Assembly: GCA_949289125.1 (NCBI GenBank)
Contig: CASEME010000013.1
Coordinates: 7,712-71,711 of the forward strand
Origin: an uncultured Eubacteriales bacterium
GTDB lineage: Bacteria; Bacillota; Clostridia; Christensenellales; CAG-314
Direction of reading: 5' to 3'
DNA: 64,000 nt
The position numbers and the translations under genes were made by a program. The first letter of the stretch is position 1. Each line of letters opens with the position of its first letter. Under the pieces are notes generated by a model. That model was not told the DNA's origin and searched no databases. It saw nothing but the letters and a program-made list of their open reading frames with translations. Shown piece by piece: positions 27,623-35,465 of this stretch.

Positions 27623-28691
27623 ACCAAAACAATACCGCTTTGAAAAATTCACTGATAGCTACATTATGTACCACAAAAAAGTACCCAAATTTTTGTTTGT
27701 AATAATAACAATAATTTGTTTAGCTGTTGTAGGCTTTTTTGTGTGGTCAGCACTTGTACAAAAAACATCTGTCATTAAAGTTCAAGGTGTAGTCACTGTT
27801 GAAGATAAAACGCCGTTAACTGTACTAACTAATGCAAAAGTTACAGAAGTATTTGTGACAGAGGGTGCAACTGTCAGTACAGGTGATAAAATATTGCAAT
27901 TAGACACAACAGAAATTGATTTGCAGATATCACAGTTGCAACCATATATTGATTATTACCAAGAGCATTTAGCTCTATATGACAGGCTAATTACATATAC
28001 AAAGAATAACTATTCCAAAGATGAGGAAGGCAACTGTTTTGACAAAGATGATATAGTGGAACTAGAGTTTTATAATTATATGAGTGCATTTGAAAATGCC
28101 AAGAAAGAAGCTCAAGGTTTGCCCAATCAGGAAGAGTATGTGCAACAGATAATAAGTCAGTATCTTGACAACTATTATACTCAACGCAATTCGTTGAGTG
28201 TGGAGTTGGATAAGTATAATTCACAGCTAGACAGTTATATCAAAAGTAAAGCCAATTATATCGTAACAGCTAATAGTGATGGTATAGTACACTTTGACTC
28301 TACAGTTACACAGGGTACATTTTTGCAAGCGGGTATGTCCATAGGCTCTGTATTTGATCCCAACGATAGTCTGTATGTTGAGTGCTATGTATTATCTCAA
28401 GATAGACCAAACATCAATGTTGGAGATAGTGTTAAAATAGCATTGAACGGAGTTAGTCAAAACGAATATGGCGTTATCAATGGCAAATTGAATACATTAT
28501 CTTCCAATGCTACAATGTCAGAAGATAATTATTACTATATAGGCAAAGTCGATTTAGAGAAGACACTATTAGAGTCTAATCAACAAAATATTAGTCTATC
28601 TGTTGGTATGACTTGTGAGACAAGAATAATATATCACCAAACATCATACTTATATTATTTTTTGGAGCAATTAGGCATAAAAATAAAATAA
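27612..28691 (+). CDS. HlyD-family bacteriocin secretion accessory protein
   Basis: 359 aa. It has an N-terminal TM helix (FLFVIITIICLAVVGFFVW), a lipoyl-like segment VTEVFVTEGATVSTGDKILQLD, a coiled-coil middle region and a beta-barrel C-terminus. Confidence 0.8.
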   Translation: MANKPKQYRFEKFTDSYIMYHKKVPKFLFVIITIICLAVVGFFVWSALVQKTSVIKVQGVVTVEDKTPLTVLTNAKVTEVFVTEGATVSTGDKILQLDTTEIDLQISQLQPYIDYYQEHLALYDRLITYTKNNYSKDEEGNCFDKDDIVELEFYNYMSAFENAKKEAQGLPNQEEYVQQIISQYLDNYYTQRNSLSVELDKYNSQLDSYIKSKANYIVTANSDGIVHFDSTVTQGTFLQAGMSIGSVFDPNDSLYVECYVLSQDRPNINVGDSVKIALNGVSQNEYGVINGKLNTLSSNATMSEDNYYYIGKVDLEKTLLESNQQNISLSVGMTCETRIIYHQTSYLYYFLEQLGIKIK

Positions 28692-28875
28692 ATTTTTTAT
28701 TCATTTACCTATTGACAATAGAAAAATATATGATATAATGCAAGAATATAGGTAATAAGTACCCATATAAATAACGTTCTTAGAGGCAAATTATGGAAGC
28801 AGTAAAAGGTTTGAGATTGCCTACAACTTATGTAGAGGTATCTGACAATGAGATGGAGTACCTTGATGGTGGGAT
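28440..28875 (+). repeat. copy 1 of duplicated cassette (HlyD 3' end + promoter + leader-peptide coding region)
   Basis: Aligns by eye with 29912-30329. Similarity starts at GCATTGAA(C/T)GGAGTTAGTCAAAACGAATATGGCGTTAT and runs to the GG cleavage-site codons. Confidence 0.85.
28712..28739 (+). promoter_or_regulatory. promoter TTGACA-16-TGaTATAAT (extended -10) for peptide 1
   Basis: TTGACA at 28712-28717 and TATAAT at 28734-28739 preceded by TGa. Confidence 0.65.
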
Positions 28876-29053
28876 TGGTCCAGCTACGATAGGGGCTCTT
28901 GCGGCTGTTGTGGTTATCCTTGTTGGTGGTTATTGTGTTCTTAGTCAAACAGAAATCGCACAAACGGGTCCTTGTTCTCCTGGAACAATTGGTGGCTTCG
29001 GCGGTGGTTCATTTGGTCCTGGTACAATAAATATCGCTTATTATTTCAAATAA
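28793..29053 (+). CDS. double-glycine-leader bacteriocin precursor 1 (86 aa; predicted 59-aa mature peptide)
   Basis: The leader is MEAVKGLRLPTTYVEVSDNEMEYLDGG, with hydrophobic residues at -4/-7/-12/-15 and Glu at -8. The core is IGPATIGALAAVVVILVGGYCVL...GGFGGGSFGPGTINIAYYFK. AGAGG RBS. Confidence 0.75.
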   Translation: MEAVKGLRLPTTYVEVSDNEMEYLDGGIGPATIGALAAVVVILVGGYCVLSQTEIAQTGPCSPGTIGGFGGGSFGPGTINIAYYFK

Positions 29054-29127
29054 GTTTTAACAGTTTGGTGATTTGTCACGATTTGCCAAAAATAATTCGA
29101 AAATTTGAGATATGGAGTTTATGTTCG

Positions 29128-29160
29128 TAAACCGAGTTTGACATCGACAAACTCGGTTTA
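29128..29160 (+). terminator. hairpin terminator after peptide 1
   Basis: TAAACCGAGTTTG-ACATCGA-CAAACTCGGTTTA. The T-tract after it is weak. Confidence 0.55.
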
Positions 29161-29225
29161 GTTATATTTTGTCAGCTTATTTTTTTTAAATAATAAGAAG
29201 TCGCTATTTGATTAATGGAGAAAAT

Positions 29226-29843
29226 ATGAAAACAGGTAGGCTTTCGATATTTGAAAGAAAAGAATATTTTAAAAAATTATGTGACGATAAACAAAATCAG
29301 GGGTATTTGCACAAAAAAATAGTTGCTGGTGCACTTGAGGTTAATATTATGGCATTTGTAGTAATGCTACCTTTTGTAGTGCTATTTGGTTGGTTATTCT
29401 ATTTTTTTAATGGGTTCAATGTCAAAGACATTAATGCTGGAGCGTTATCTAGTTGCATATTCGTAATAATATTAGGTGTATTTGTTCATGAATTAATTCA
29501 TGGTTTATTTTTTGCTATGTTTGCAAAAGAACACTTTCAATCGGTGTATTTGGGTTTTCTTTGGAAAGCTTTTGCGCCATATTGTAATTGTATAGAACCT
29601 TTAAAAAAATGGCAATACATTATTGCAATATTGATGCCTACTTTAATTCTAGGGTTTGTGATTAGTATAGTTGCTATAATTATAGGTAATCTTTTATTCG
29701 TCGTGGTTGGTATCACAATGATATTAATAGGGGGAGGGGATTTTTATATTTTAATTAAGTTAGCTTTTTCTCGTATTAAAAGTAGTGATCAGATAATAAT
29801 TGATAATCCTGATGAATGTGGATGTGTTGTTTTTTATAAATAG
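29226..29843 (+). CDS. polytopic membrane protein with HExxH (HELIHG), DUF3267-like putative zincin; immunity candidate
   Basis: The start was moved to MKTGRL (GGAG RBS). 4-5 TM helices. The HELIH motif lies at a helix end. Confidence 0.65.
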   Translation: MKTGRLSIFERKEYFKKLCDDKQNQGYLHKKIVAGALEVNIMAFVVMLPFVVLFGWLFYFFNGFNVKDINAGALSSCIFVIILGVFVHELIHGLFFAMFAKEHFQSVYLGFLWKAFAPYCNCIEPLKKWQYIIAILMPTLILGFVISIVAIIIGNLLFVVVGITMILIGGGDFYILIKLAFSRIKSSDQIIIDNPDECGCVVFYK

Positions 29844-29909
29844 TTCAATAACAGCATATTAATTTTTCAATTTGTAAATTGATATTGTTAAACTTTAAGA
29901 TTTTGTAAA

Positions 29910-30137
29910 ATGGCATTGAATGGAGTTAGTCAAAACGAATATGGCGTTATTAACGGGCAATTAGATAAACTGTCTGTAAATGCTATAGTGTCAGAAAATT
30001 ACTCTTATTACATAGTCAAAGTTGATTTAGAGAAGACACAATTAGAGTCCAACCAACAAAGTATTAAGCTATCGGTGGGTACGACTTGTGAGACAAAGAT
30101 AATTTATCATCAGACATATATTTATATTATTTACTAG
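29910..30137 (+). pseudogene. remnant of a second HlyD-family gene (C-terminal ~75 aa only)
   Basis: ALNGVSQNEYGVINGQLDKLS...KVDLEKTQLESNQQSIKLSVGTTCETKIIYHQT parallels residues ~277-345 of the 27612-28691 protein. The frame decays at the end. Confidence 0.8.
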
Positions 30138-30329
30138 AGCAAATAGGTATAAAAATGAAATGATTTTTTATTGCTTATACATATTGACTCATATAAGATA
30201 TGTGATATAATCTACATAGGCTAATAATTACTCATAATATTAAATTATGGAAGCAGTAAAAGGTTTGAGATTGCCTACAACTTATGTAGAAGTAACTAAC
30301 AATGAAATGGAGTATCTTGAAGGTGGTAA
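29912..30329 (+). repeat. copy 2 of duplicated cassette
   Basis: See 28440-28875. Confidence 0.85.
30184..30211 (+). promoter_or_regulatory. promoter TTGACT-16-TGaTATAAT for peptide 2
   Basis: Homologous to the promoter at 28712-28739. Confidence 0.6.
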
Positions 30330-30510
30330 ATTGCCATGGGGTAAGTTGGGTCGATGGGCCTTAACAACAGTAGGGGCTGTATGTACAGGTGTTGGATCAG
30401 GTTTAGCTACTGGCATGAGTTCTGGTAATGCAGGAGTTGGTATTTGTACTGGTATAGGTGGAGGGGTCGTTGCTCTGGTAGCATGTATGACTTCACTTAA
30501 GCTTTTATAG
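30247..30510 (+). CDS. double-glycine-leader bacteriocin precursor 2 (87 aa; predicted 60-aa Gly-rich mature peptide)
   Basis: The leader is MEAVKGLRLPTTYVEVTNNEMEYLEGG. The core is KLPWGKLGRWALTTVGAVCTGVGSGLATGMSSGNAGVGICTGIGGGVVALVACMTSLKLL, with class II GxxxG-type features. Confidence 0.75.
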   Translation: MEAVKGLRLPTTYVEVTNNEMEYLEGGKLPWGKLGRWALTTVGAVCTGVGSGLATGMSSGNAGVGICTGIGGGVVALVACMTSLKLL

Positions 30511-30520
30511 GAGGTTGAAT

Positions 30521-30730
30521 ATGAAGCTAAAAGTTGCTAACATAATTTTTTTGATATTTCTTGTTTTTGAAATATCAGTATTTCTGTATGCTAGATTGGT
30601 GTTAAATTCAAGTGTTGGTTTTGTTCCAATATTTTTAACAATTATTTTGCCTACGTTACTTATGGTAGTGGCTAATATTAATGCTAGAAGAGACAATCGT
30701 AATAGCGATAAGGTTGATAAAAAATCATAA
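30521..30730 (+). CDS. small 2-TM membrane protein (69 aa), putative immunity protein for peptide 2
   Basis: AGGAGG RBS 6 nt upstream of ATG 30521. It starts 11 nt after the peptide 2 stop. Two hydrophobic helices and a basic tail. Confidence 0.6.
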   Translation: MKLKVANIIFLIFLVFEISVFLYARLVLNSSVGFVPIFLTIILPTLLMVVANINARRDNRNSDKVDKKS

Positions 30731-30816
30731 ATAGTAATAGGAAATACTAGCATTACAATCTTTTATTCTTATACGTTGTTGGTACAAAAGAAGTAATAAT
30801 CTTTTTTTTGGAAATT

Positions 30817-30860
30817 ATTGCCAATATGGGGAATGCTCATATTGGCAATTTTCTTTTTTT
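30817..30860 (+). terminator. rho-independent terminator
   Basis: ATTGCCAATATG...CATATTGGCAAT followed by TTTCTTTTTTT. Confidence 0.85.
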
Positions 30861-30964
30861 CTATACTGAATTTATAAAGTTATTTTTAATTGAATAGAAA
30901 AGACAATAATAATGTTAAATAATAGTGTATTTTAATCAAAAAAAATTAATATGAGGAAGATGTT

Positions 30965-31684
30965 TTGAGTAGAAATAAGTTTCTATTAAGTTTGATAGGG
31001 ATAGTAGCGGTATTTATTTTATCTATAACAGCTATTGTTTTACCTTTTGTTATGTCTAAACAGAAAATAACGGCAAATAAAATATATAAATCGTGCTTAG
31101 ATAATGTTGTTGAGGTCAAAGCCGTAAGCGATGATGTTGGCGAAAGCTTTGGAACTGCTGAAATAATATCTGCTGATGGGACTATGGTTACCAATGCTCA
31201 TGTTGTTACGTACACAAAATTTGGCGAAGTAAATTTGTTTGAAAAATATTTATTCCGTTTTTCCTATGAAGAAGATTACAGACAAGCTCAACTTATAAAG
31301 TACGATAATGAAAAAGATATAGCTGTCTTAAAAATAGTTGATATAACTAATATCAATATTATTCCGATTAAAACTACTAACTCAGATTCAATCGCCGCAG
31401 GTGATAAAGTGTATGCAGTTGGAAATGCGGCAAATTATGGTATAGGTATTTTTGAGGGTATAATCAGCATACCTCTTTTAAATATCGAGGCAGAGGGCAT
31501 AACACGTGCAGTTATTCAGTGTGATTTGACTATAGCAGCTGGTAACAGTGGAGGGGCACTTTTGAATGAAAAAGGTGAATTGATAGGTTTAACAACATTT
31601 AGGACTAAAGATAATTCGGGAAATATTGTGTATGGTATAGTCTACAGTATACCCATAAACTTATTTCTTGAATACATCGGTTAA
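30965..31684 (+). CDS. membrane-anchored trypsin-like (S1C/HtrA-like, no PDZ) serine protease
   Basis: TTG start with GAGGAAG RBS and an N-terminal TM helix. The triad contexts are TNAHVV, DIAVLKI and GNSGGALL. Confidence 0.8.
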   Translation: MSRNKFLLSLIGIVAVFILSITAIVLPFVMSKQKITANKIYKSCLDNVVEVKAVSDDVGESFGTAEIISADGTMVTNAHVVTYTKFGEVNLFEKYLFRFSYEEDYRQAQLIKYDNEKDIAVLKIVDITNINIIPIKTTNSDSIAAGDKVYAVGNAANYGIGIFEGIISIPLLNIEAEGITRAVIQCDLTIAAGNSGGALLNEKGELIGLTTFRTKDNSGNIVYGIVYSIPINLFLEYIG

Positions 31685-32311
31685 TAGAACTAAATGAGAC
31701 AATTGATTAAATTTCTAGCAAAAGTAACTGCTTGTGTTCTTGCATGTATACTCAGTATACAATTGTTTTTTTGAAATAGTGGCTAAAAATATTATGGAAA
31801 AATAAATATTGTAATAATGCCGACCTATACAGTAGTTTATATAATTCTATAATAGATTTGTTAGGAATATTAAATGAATTTGAAAAAACATATTGATTTT
31901 TATGTGACTTTATGTTACAATATTATAAATAAAAGTTTATAAAAGTGGATTTAGAGAATCAATATTTATGATAAAGGCATCGCTAAAAATTTTAGTTGTA
32001 TTTTGAAGTCTATCTTAATCTAGATGCATTGTACAATTATTTTAATAATATTGTAGTTTCAATTCTTTGCACATTGGCAATTTGCTTATTTTTATATTTA
32101 AAATAATTGTTGTAAAGGAAGGTAAATAATCGTTGGAATGTAGTGCATAATGTCAATTAAATTAACTGACATACATTGTGCTCTGAAAATCAATATAATA
32201 TGATCTTTCAGTTGTAAAATATAGTTGTATACTATTTATCAAAGAGTGATAGAAGTTTAGGATAAAGGATTATTTTAATCACTTATGGGGTACCACATTG
32301 TCTGTTTATAA

Positions 32312-33520
32312 ATGATCTTTTTGACTAATTATAAAACAATTTTAGAGGATGCAAATTATGGTTGGAAGGTTAAAAATATTAACAAGTATTTGTCTATTGT
32401 ACTTGTGTTTACACTTGTAGCAATCATTATTTTAAGTAATACTTCTAAATTGGATGCTCAAGATGTAAATAATCCAATAAGAACTGTAAGATTAGCAGGT
32501 TCAGAGGTGGACGTACAAAGTATATTGGCTGAATATGAAGATGTTTCATTGTCTACAGAGCAGAGCGTTACAAAATTCACAGGCTATAGGACTTTGGACG
32601 ATTCCATTCTTAGTAATGTAGACAATGTTTCAGAAACTGATATGGCTAATTTAGTCAATCAAAGAATAAAATTTGAATGCACTTTTGACGCTCAAACTAA
32701 CATTGTAACTATTAATGCATATGCAGAATCTGAGGAAGGAACAATCCTATCTGAAGAATTTTTCGGCATAGCATTCATAAATGACATGGGAGAAGTTGAC
32801 GCAATCATTAAGATTGATAACGATGAAAGTGTTTTGCTGTCTGATCTTATGCAAAACACATTGGTTGACAATATAGGTTGGTTGGGTAATTTATTAAAAG
32901 GTATTGTGACAGTATTTGCTCCTGGTGTAGTTGTTGTAGGCATTGCTGCAGCAACTATAGTAGAAGTAACAACAGCGAAGAAGAATTACAACGAAAACAA
33001 AAAATTAGATTGGCAAGTAAATGGCTTAATTAACAATCAGTGGGCATATGACGGATGGAAATTCGGTTTAAGCACAATGGATTATAATGGATGTGGTGTT
33101 ATAGCAACCTATAATGTGATGTACTTGCTCGGTAGAGAAGAAAAGTTATCTGATGTTGCGTATGAAATAGAAAGAAAATTAGGAACTTTGGTTTTAGGTT
33201 ACTTTGGTACAGATCCTTCTCAAATTAAAGTATACTTCAAAGATAAAGGAATCGCTTGTTCTGGTACATATCTTAATAAATCTTGGTTTGAAAATGCATT
33301 TAAGAATATGAGAACGAATCAGTATGCAATTGTATGCTTTATGAATAACAAATATAATCCCTTTAAAGGAGCACATTTTGTTGCTGTCTCAAGACAATCC
33401 AACGGTAAATATGTTGTGTATAACAGCGGTTATTCAGTAGGTTCGATTACAGTTAATGATTTGAATGGTGTTATCAATGATGGGAAAGGGTTATTTTTGT
33501 CAGGTTTTATAATTAATTGA
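32312..33520 (+). CDS. two-TM membrane protein with C-terminal papain-like (C39-like) cysteine peptidase domain
   Basis: TM helices are LSIVLVFTLVAIIIL and GIVTVFAPGVVVVGIAAATIV. The C-terminal domain has NGCGVIATYNVM...GAHFVAVSRQSNGKYVVYNSG, which parallels the transporter C39 domain (NDCAAACLAM...GAGHFVVL..LDPA). No obvious SD, so the start is uncertain. Confidence 0.65.
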   Translation: MIFLTNYKTILEDANYGWKVKNINKYLSIVLVFTLVAIIILSNTSKLDAQDVNNPIRTVRLAGSEVDVQSILAEYEDVSLSTEQSVTKFTGYRTLDDSILSNVDNVSETDMANLVNQRIKFECTFDAQTNIVTINAYAESEEGTILSEEFFGIAFINDMGEVDAIIKIDNDESVLLSDLMQNTLVDNIGWLGNLLKGIVTVFAPGVVVVGIAAATIVEVTTAKKNYNENKKLDWQVNGLINNQWAYDGWKFGLSTMDYNGCGVIATYNVMYLLGREEKLSDVAYEIERKLGTLVLGYFGTDPSQIKVYFKDKGIACSGTYLNKSWFENAFKNMRTNQYAIVCFMNNKYNPFKGAHFVAVSRQSNGKYVVYNSGYSVGSITVNDLNGVINDGKGLFLSGFIIN

Positions 33521-33549
33521 TGTATTTGATATTAAGGTAGGTGCTTAAA

Positions 33550-34350
33550 ATGACAAAAAAGGACAAAGTAGCCATTACTACAATGACATTGCTTTTGTGT
33601 TTGATATTTGTATTATCGGGTTGTGTGGTTATGCCATGGACGGAAAAACACGACAAGCTTAAATTTGTGGTTTGGCAGTCTCAAGAAAATAACGATGATG
33701 TTTACATGGAAATAAAAGTGTTTGAAAATGATGTAGCACATTTTGGCACTATAGAATTCCAAGACACTCGATATGATTTTTTATTATGTTGGACGAGAGG
33801 TATATTTTCTTTCTATGATATTAATTATTATGGCAAGGCAAACGATATCAGTGATGAGAGGAAATACATATCAGGTAATTACGAAATTATCAAGGATGAC
33901 TGTGTCGAATTGACAATAAGTAAAGATATGTTATTTAATAATGCTCTTGTCGATAAGAAAATTGTTATTAAAGCTACGCCCATTGCTGAGAGTGATTATG
34001 ATGTAGCTTTGCGACAGGATGTGTGTTGGAAGTTAGATGGAGTGGCTAGTCTGTATACCTATGAGCACACCCGTAGATTTTCCACAGGTAATATAAAAAT
34101 TGATGATGACAAATATGATATAGTTATTTATTGGCTCGATAATAACACTTTTAAGGCATATGAATTGACAAATGGTGTACAGAAGGAAAATACTTTGTTT
34201 ACAGGCACTTATAGCAGTAACAAGGAAAATTTGCAGCTTAATTGTACATTTGATAATACTGCACAAACGCAAACATACAACTTAACTGCTTACAGAATAG
34301 ACAATTCGGAGAATATGCCAATAGATGAATTGTGGTACCCTAATGTTTAA
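33550..34350 (+). CDS. lipoprotein, two-domain, unknown function (paralog 1)
   Basis: Signal peptide with lipobox LSGC. AGGTAGGTG RBS. An internal two-fold repeat is visible (GTIEFQDTRYDF.. / GNIKIDDDKYDI..). Confidence 0.75.
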   Translation: MTKKDKVAITTMTLLLCLIFVLSGCVVMPWTEKHDKLKFVVWQSQENNDDVYMEIKVFENDVAHFGTIEFQDTRYDFLLCWTRGIFSFYDINYYGKANDISDERKYISGNYEIIKDDCVELTISKDMLFNNALVDKKIVIKATPIAESDYDVALRQDVCWKLDGVASLYTYEHTRRFSTGNIKIDDDKYDIVIYWLDNNTFKAYELTNGVQKENTLFTGTYSSNKENLQLNCTFDNTAQTQTYNLTAYRIDNSENMPIDELWYPNV

Positions 34351-34463
34351 TTATAAGTAAAGTACTAATTGTTAAATAGTTAGTTAAAATAGGCTATGAA
34401 GAATAATTTGAACAATATTATTACAGATGTTCACATCCTTCCCGACAGCTAAAGACAAAGCAA

Positions 34464-34492
34464 AGAGTCGACCTCATATGTCGACTTTTTGT
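34464..34492 (+). terminator. rho-independent terminator between the paralogs
   Basis: AGTCGAC-CTCATAT-GTCGACT followed by TTTTTG. Confidence 0.8.
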
Positions 34493-34664
34493 TATCTCTT
34501 GATGTGCATATATGATATGATATTAATATCTTGTATATTATTGTGGTTAGTGCAATAATACTGTGTAGCCATTGATTGTAGCAATGTCATTAATAAATAT
34601 AAATGATATTTTGTCGGGTTTTATAATCAATTGATGTATTTGATATGTAAGGTAGGTGATTAGC

Positions 34665-35465
34665 ATGACAAAAAGATTAAAAGTAACTATTCTTACAACA
34701 ACATTACTTTTGTGCTTGATGTTTGTATTATCGGGTTGTATTGTTGTGCCATGGTTCGCAAGACACGACAAGCTCAAATTTGTAGTTTGGCAGTCTCAAG
34801 AAAATAACGACGATATTTATATGGAAATTAAAGTGTTTGAAAATGATGTAATACATTTTGGTACTATAGAATTCCAAGACACTCGATATGATTTTTCCAT
34901 ATGTTGGACGAGGAGTATATTTTCTTTCTATGATGTTAATTATTATGGCGAGCCAAACGATGTAGCCGATGAAAGAAAGTATGTAGACGGTGATTACAAA
35001 ATTATCAAGGATGACTGTGTCGAATTAACAATAAGTAAAGATATGTTATTTAATAATGCTCTTGTTGATAAGAAAATAGTTATCAAGGCTGAGCCGATGA
35101 CTGAGAGTGATTATGATGTAGCTTTGCGACAACGTTTGGGTTGGAAACTAGATGGAGTGGCTAATTTGTATACCTATGAATACACCCGTAGATTTTCCAC
35201 AGGTAATATAAAGATTGATAATGTCAAGTATGATATAATCATTTATTGGCTTGAAGATAACGCTTTTAAGGCTTATGAATTTGCAAATAGTGTACAGCAA
35301 GAGAATACTTTGTTTACAGGCACTTATAGCAGTGACAAAGAAAATTTGCAGCTTAATTGTACATTTGATAATACTGCACAAACGCAAACATACAACTTAA
35401 CTGCTTATAAATTAGATAATTCGGAGAATGTGCCAAAAGATAAGTTGTGGTATCCTGAAGTTTGA
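34665..35465 (+). CDS. lipoprotein, two-domain, unknown function (paralog 2)
   Basis: Lipobox LSGC. Highly similar to paralog 1 along its whole length. Confidence 0.75.
   Translation: MTKRLKVTILTTTLLLCLMFVLSGCIVVPWFARHDKLKFVVWQSQENNDDIYMEIKVFENDVIHFGTIEFQDTRYDFSICWTRSIFSFYDVNYYGEPNDVADERKYVDGDYKIIKDDCVELTISKDMLFNNALVDKKIVIKAEPMTESDYDVALRQRLGWKLDGVANLYTYEYTRRFSTGNIKIDNVKYDIIIYWLEDNAFKAYEFANSVQQENTLFTGTYSSDKENLQLNCTFDNTAQTQTYNLTAYKLDNSENVPKDKLWYPEV

Noticed and set aside
31694-31774. 26-aa signal-peptide-like mini-ORF (MRQLIKFLAKVTACVLACILSIQLFF) just after the protease gene.
   Set aside because: It has no RBS and ends abruptly. It is at best a remnant of a truncated secreted-protein gene.
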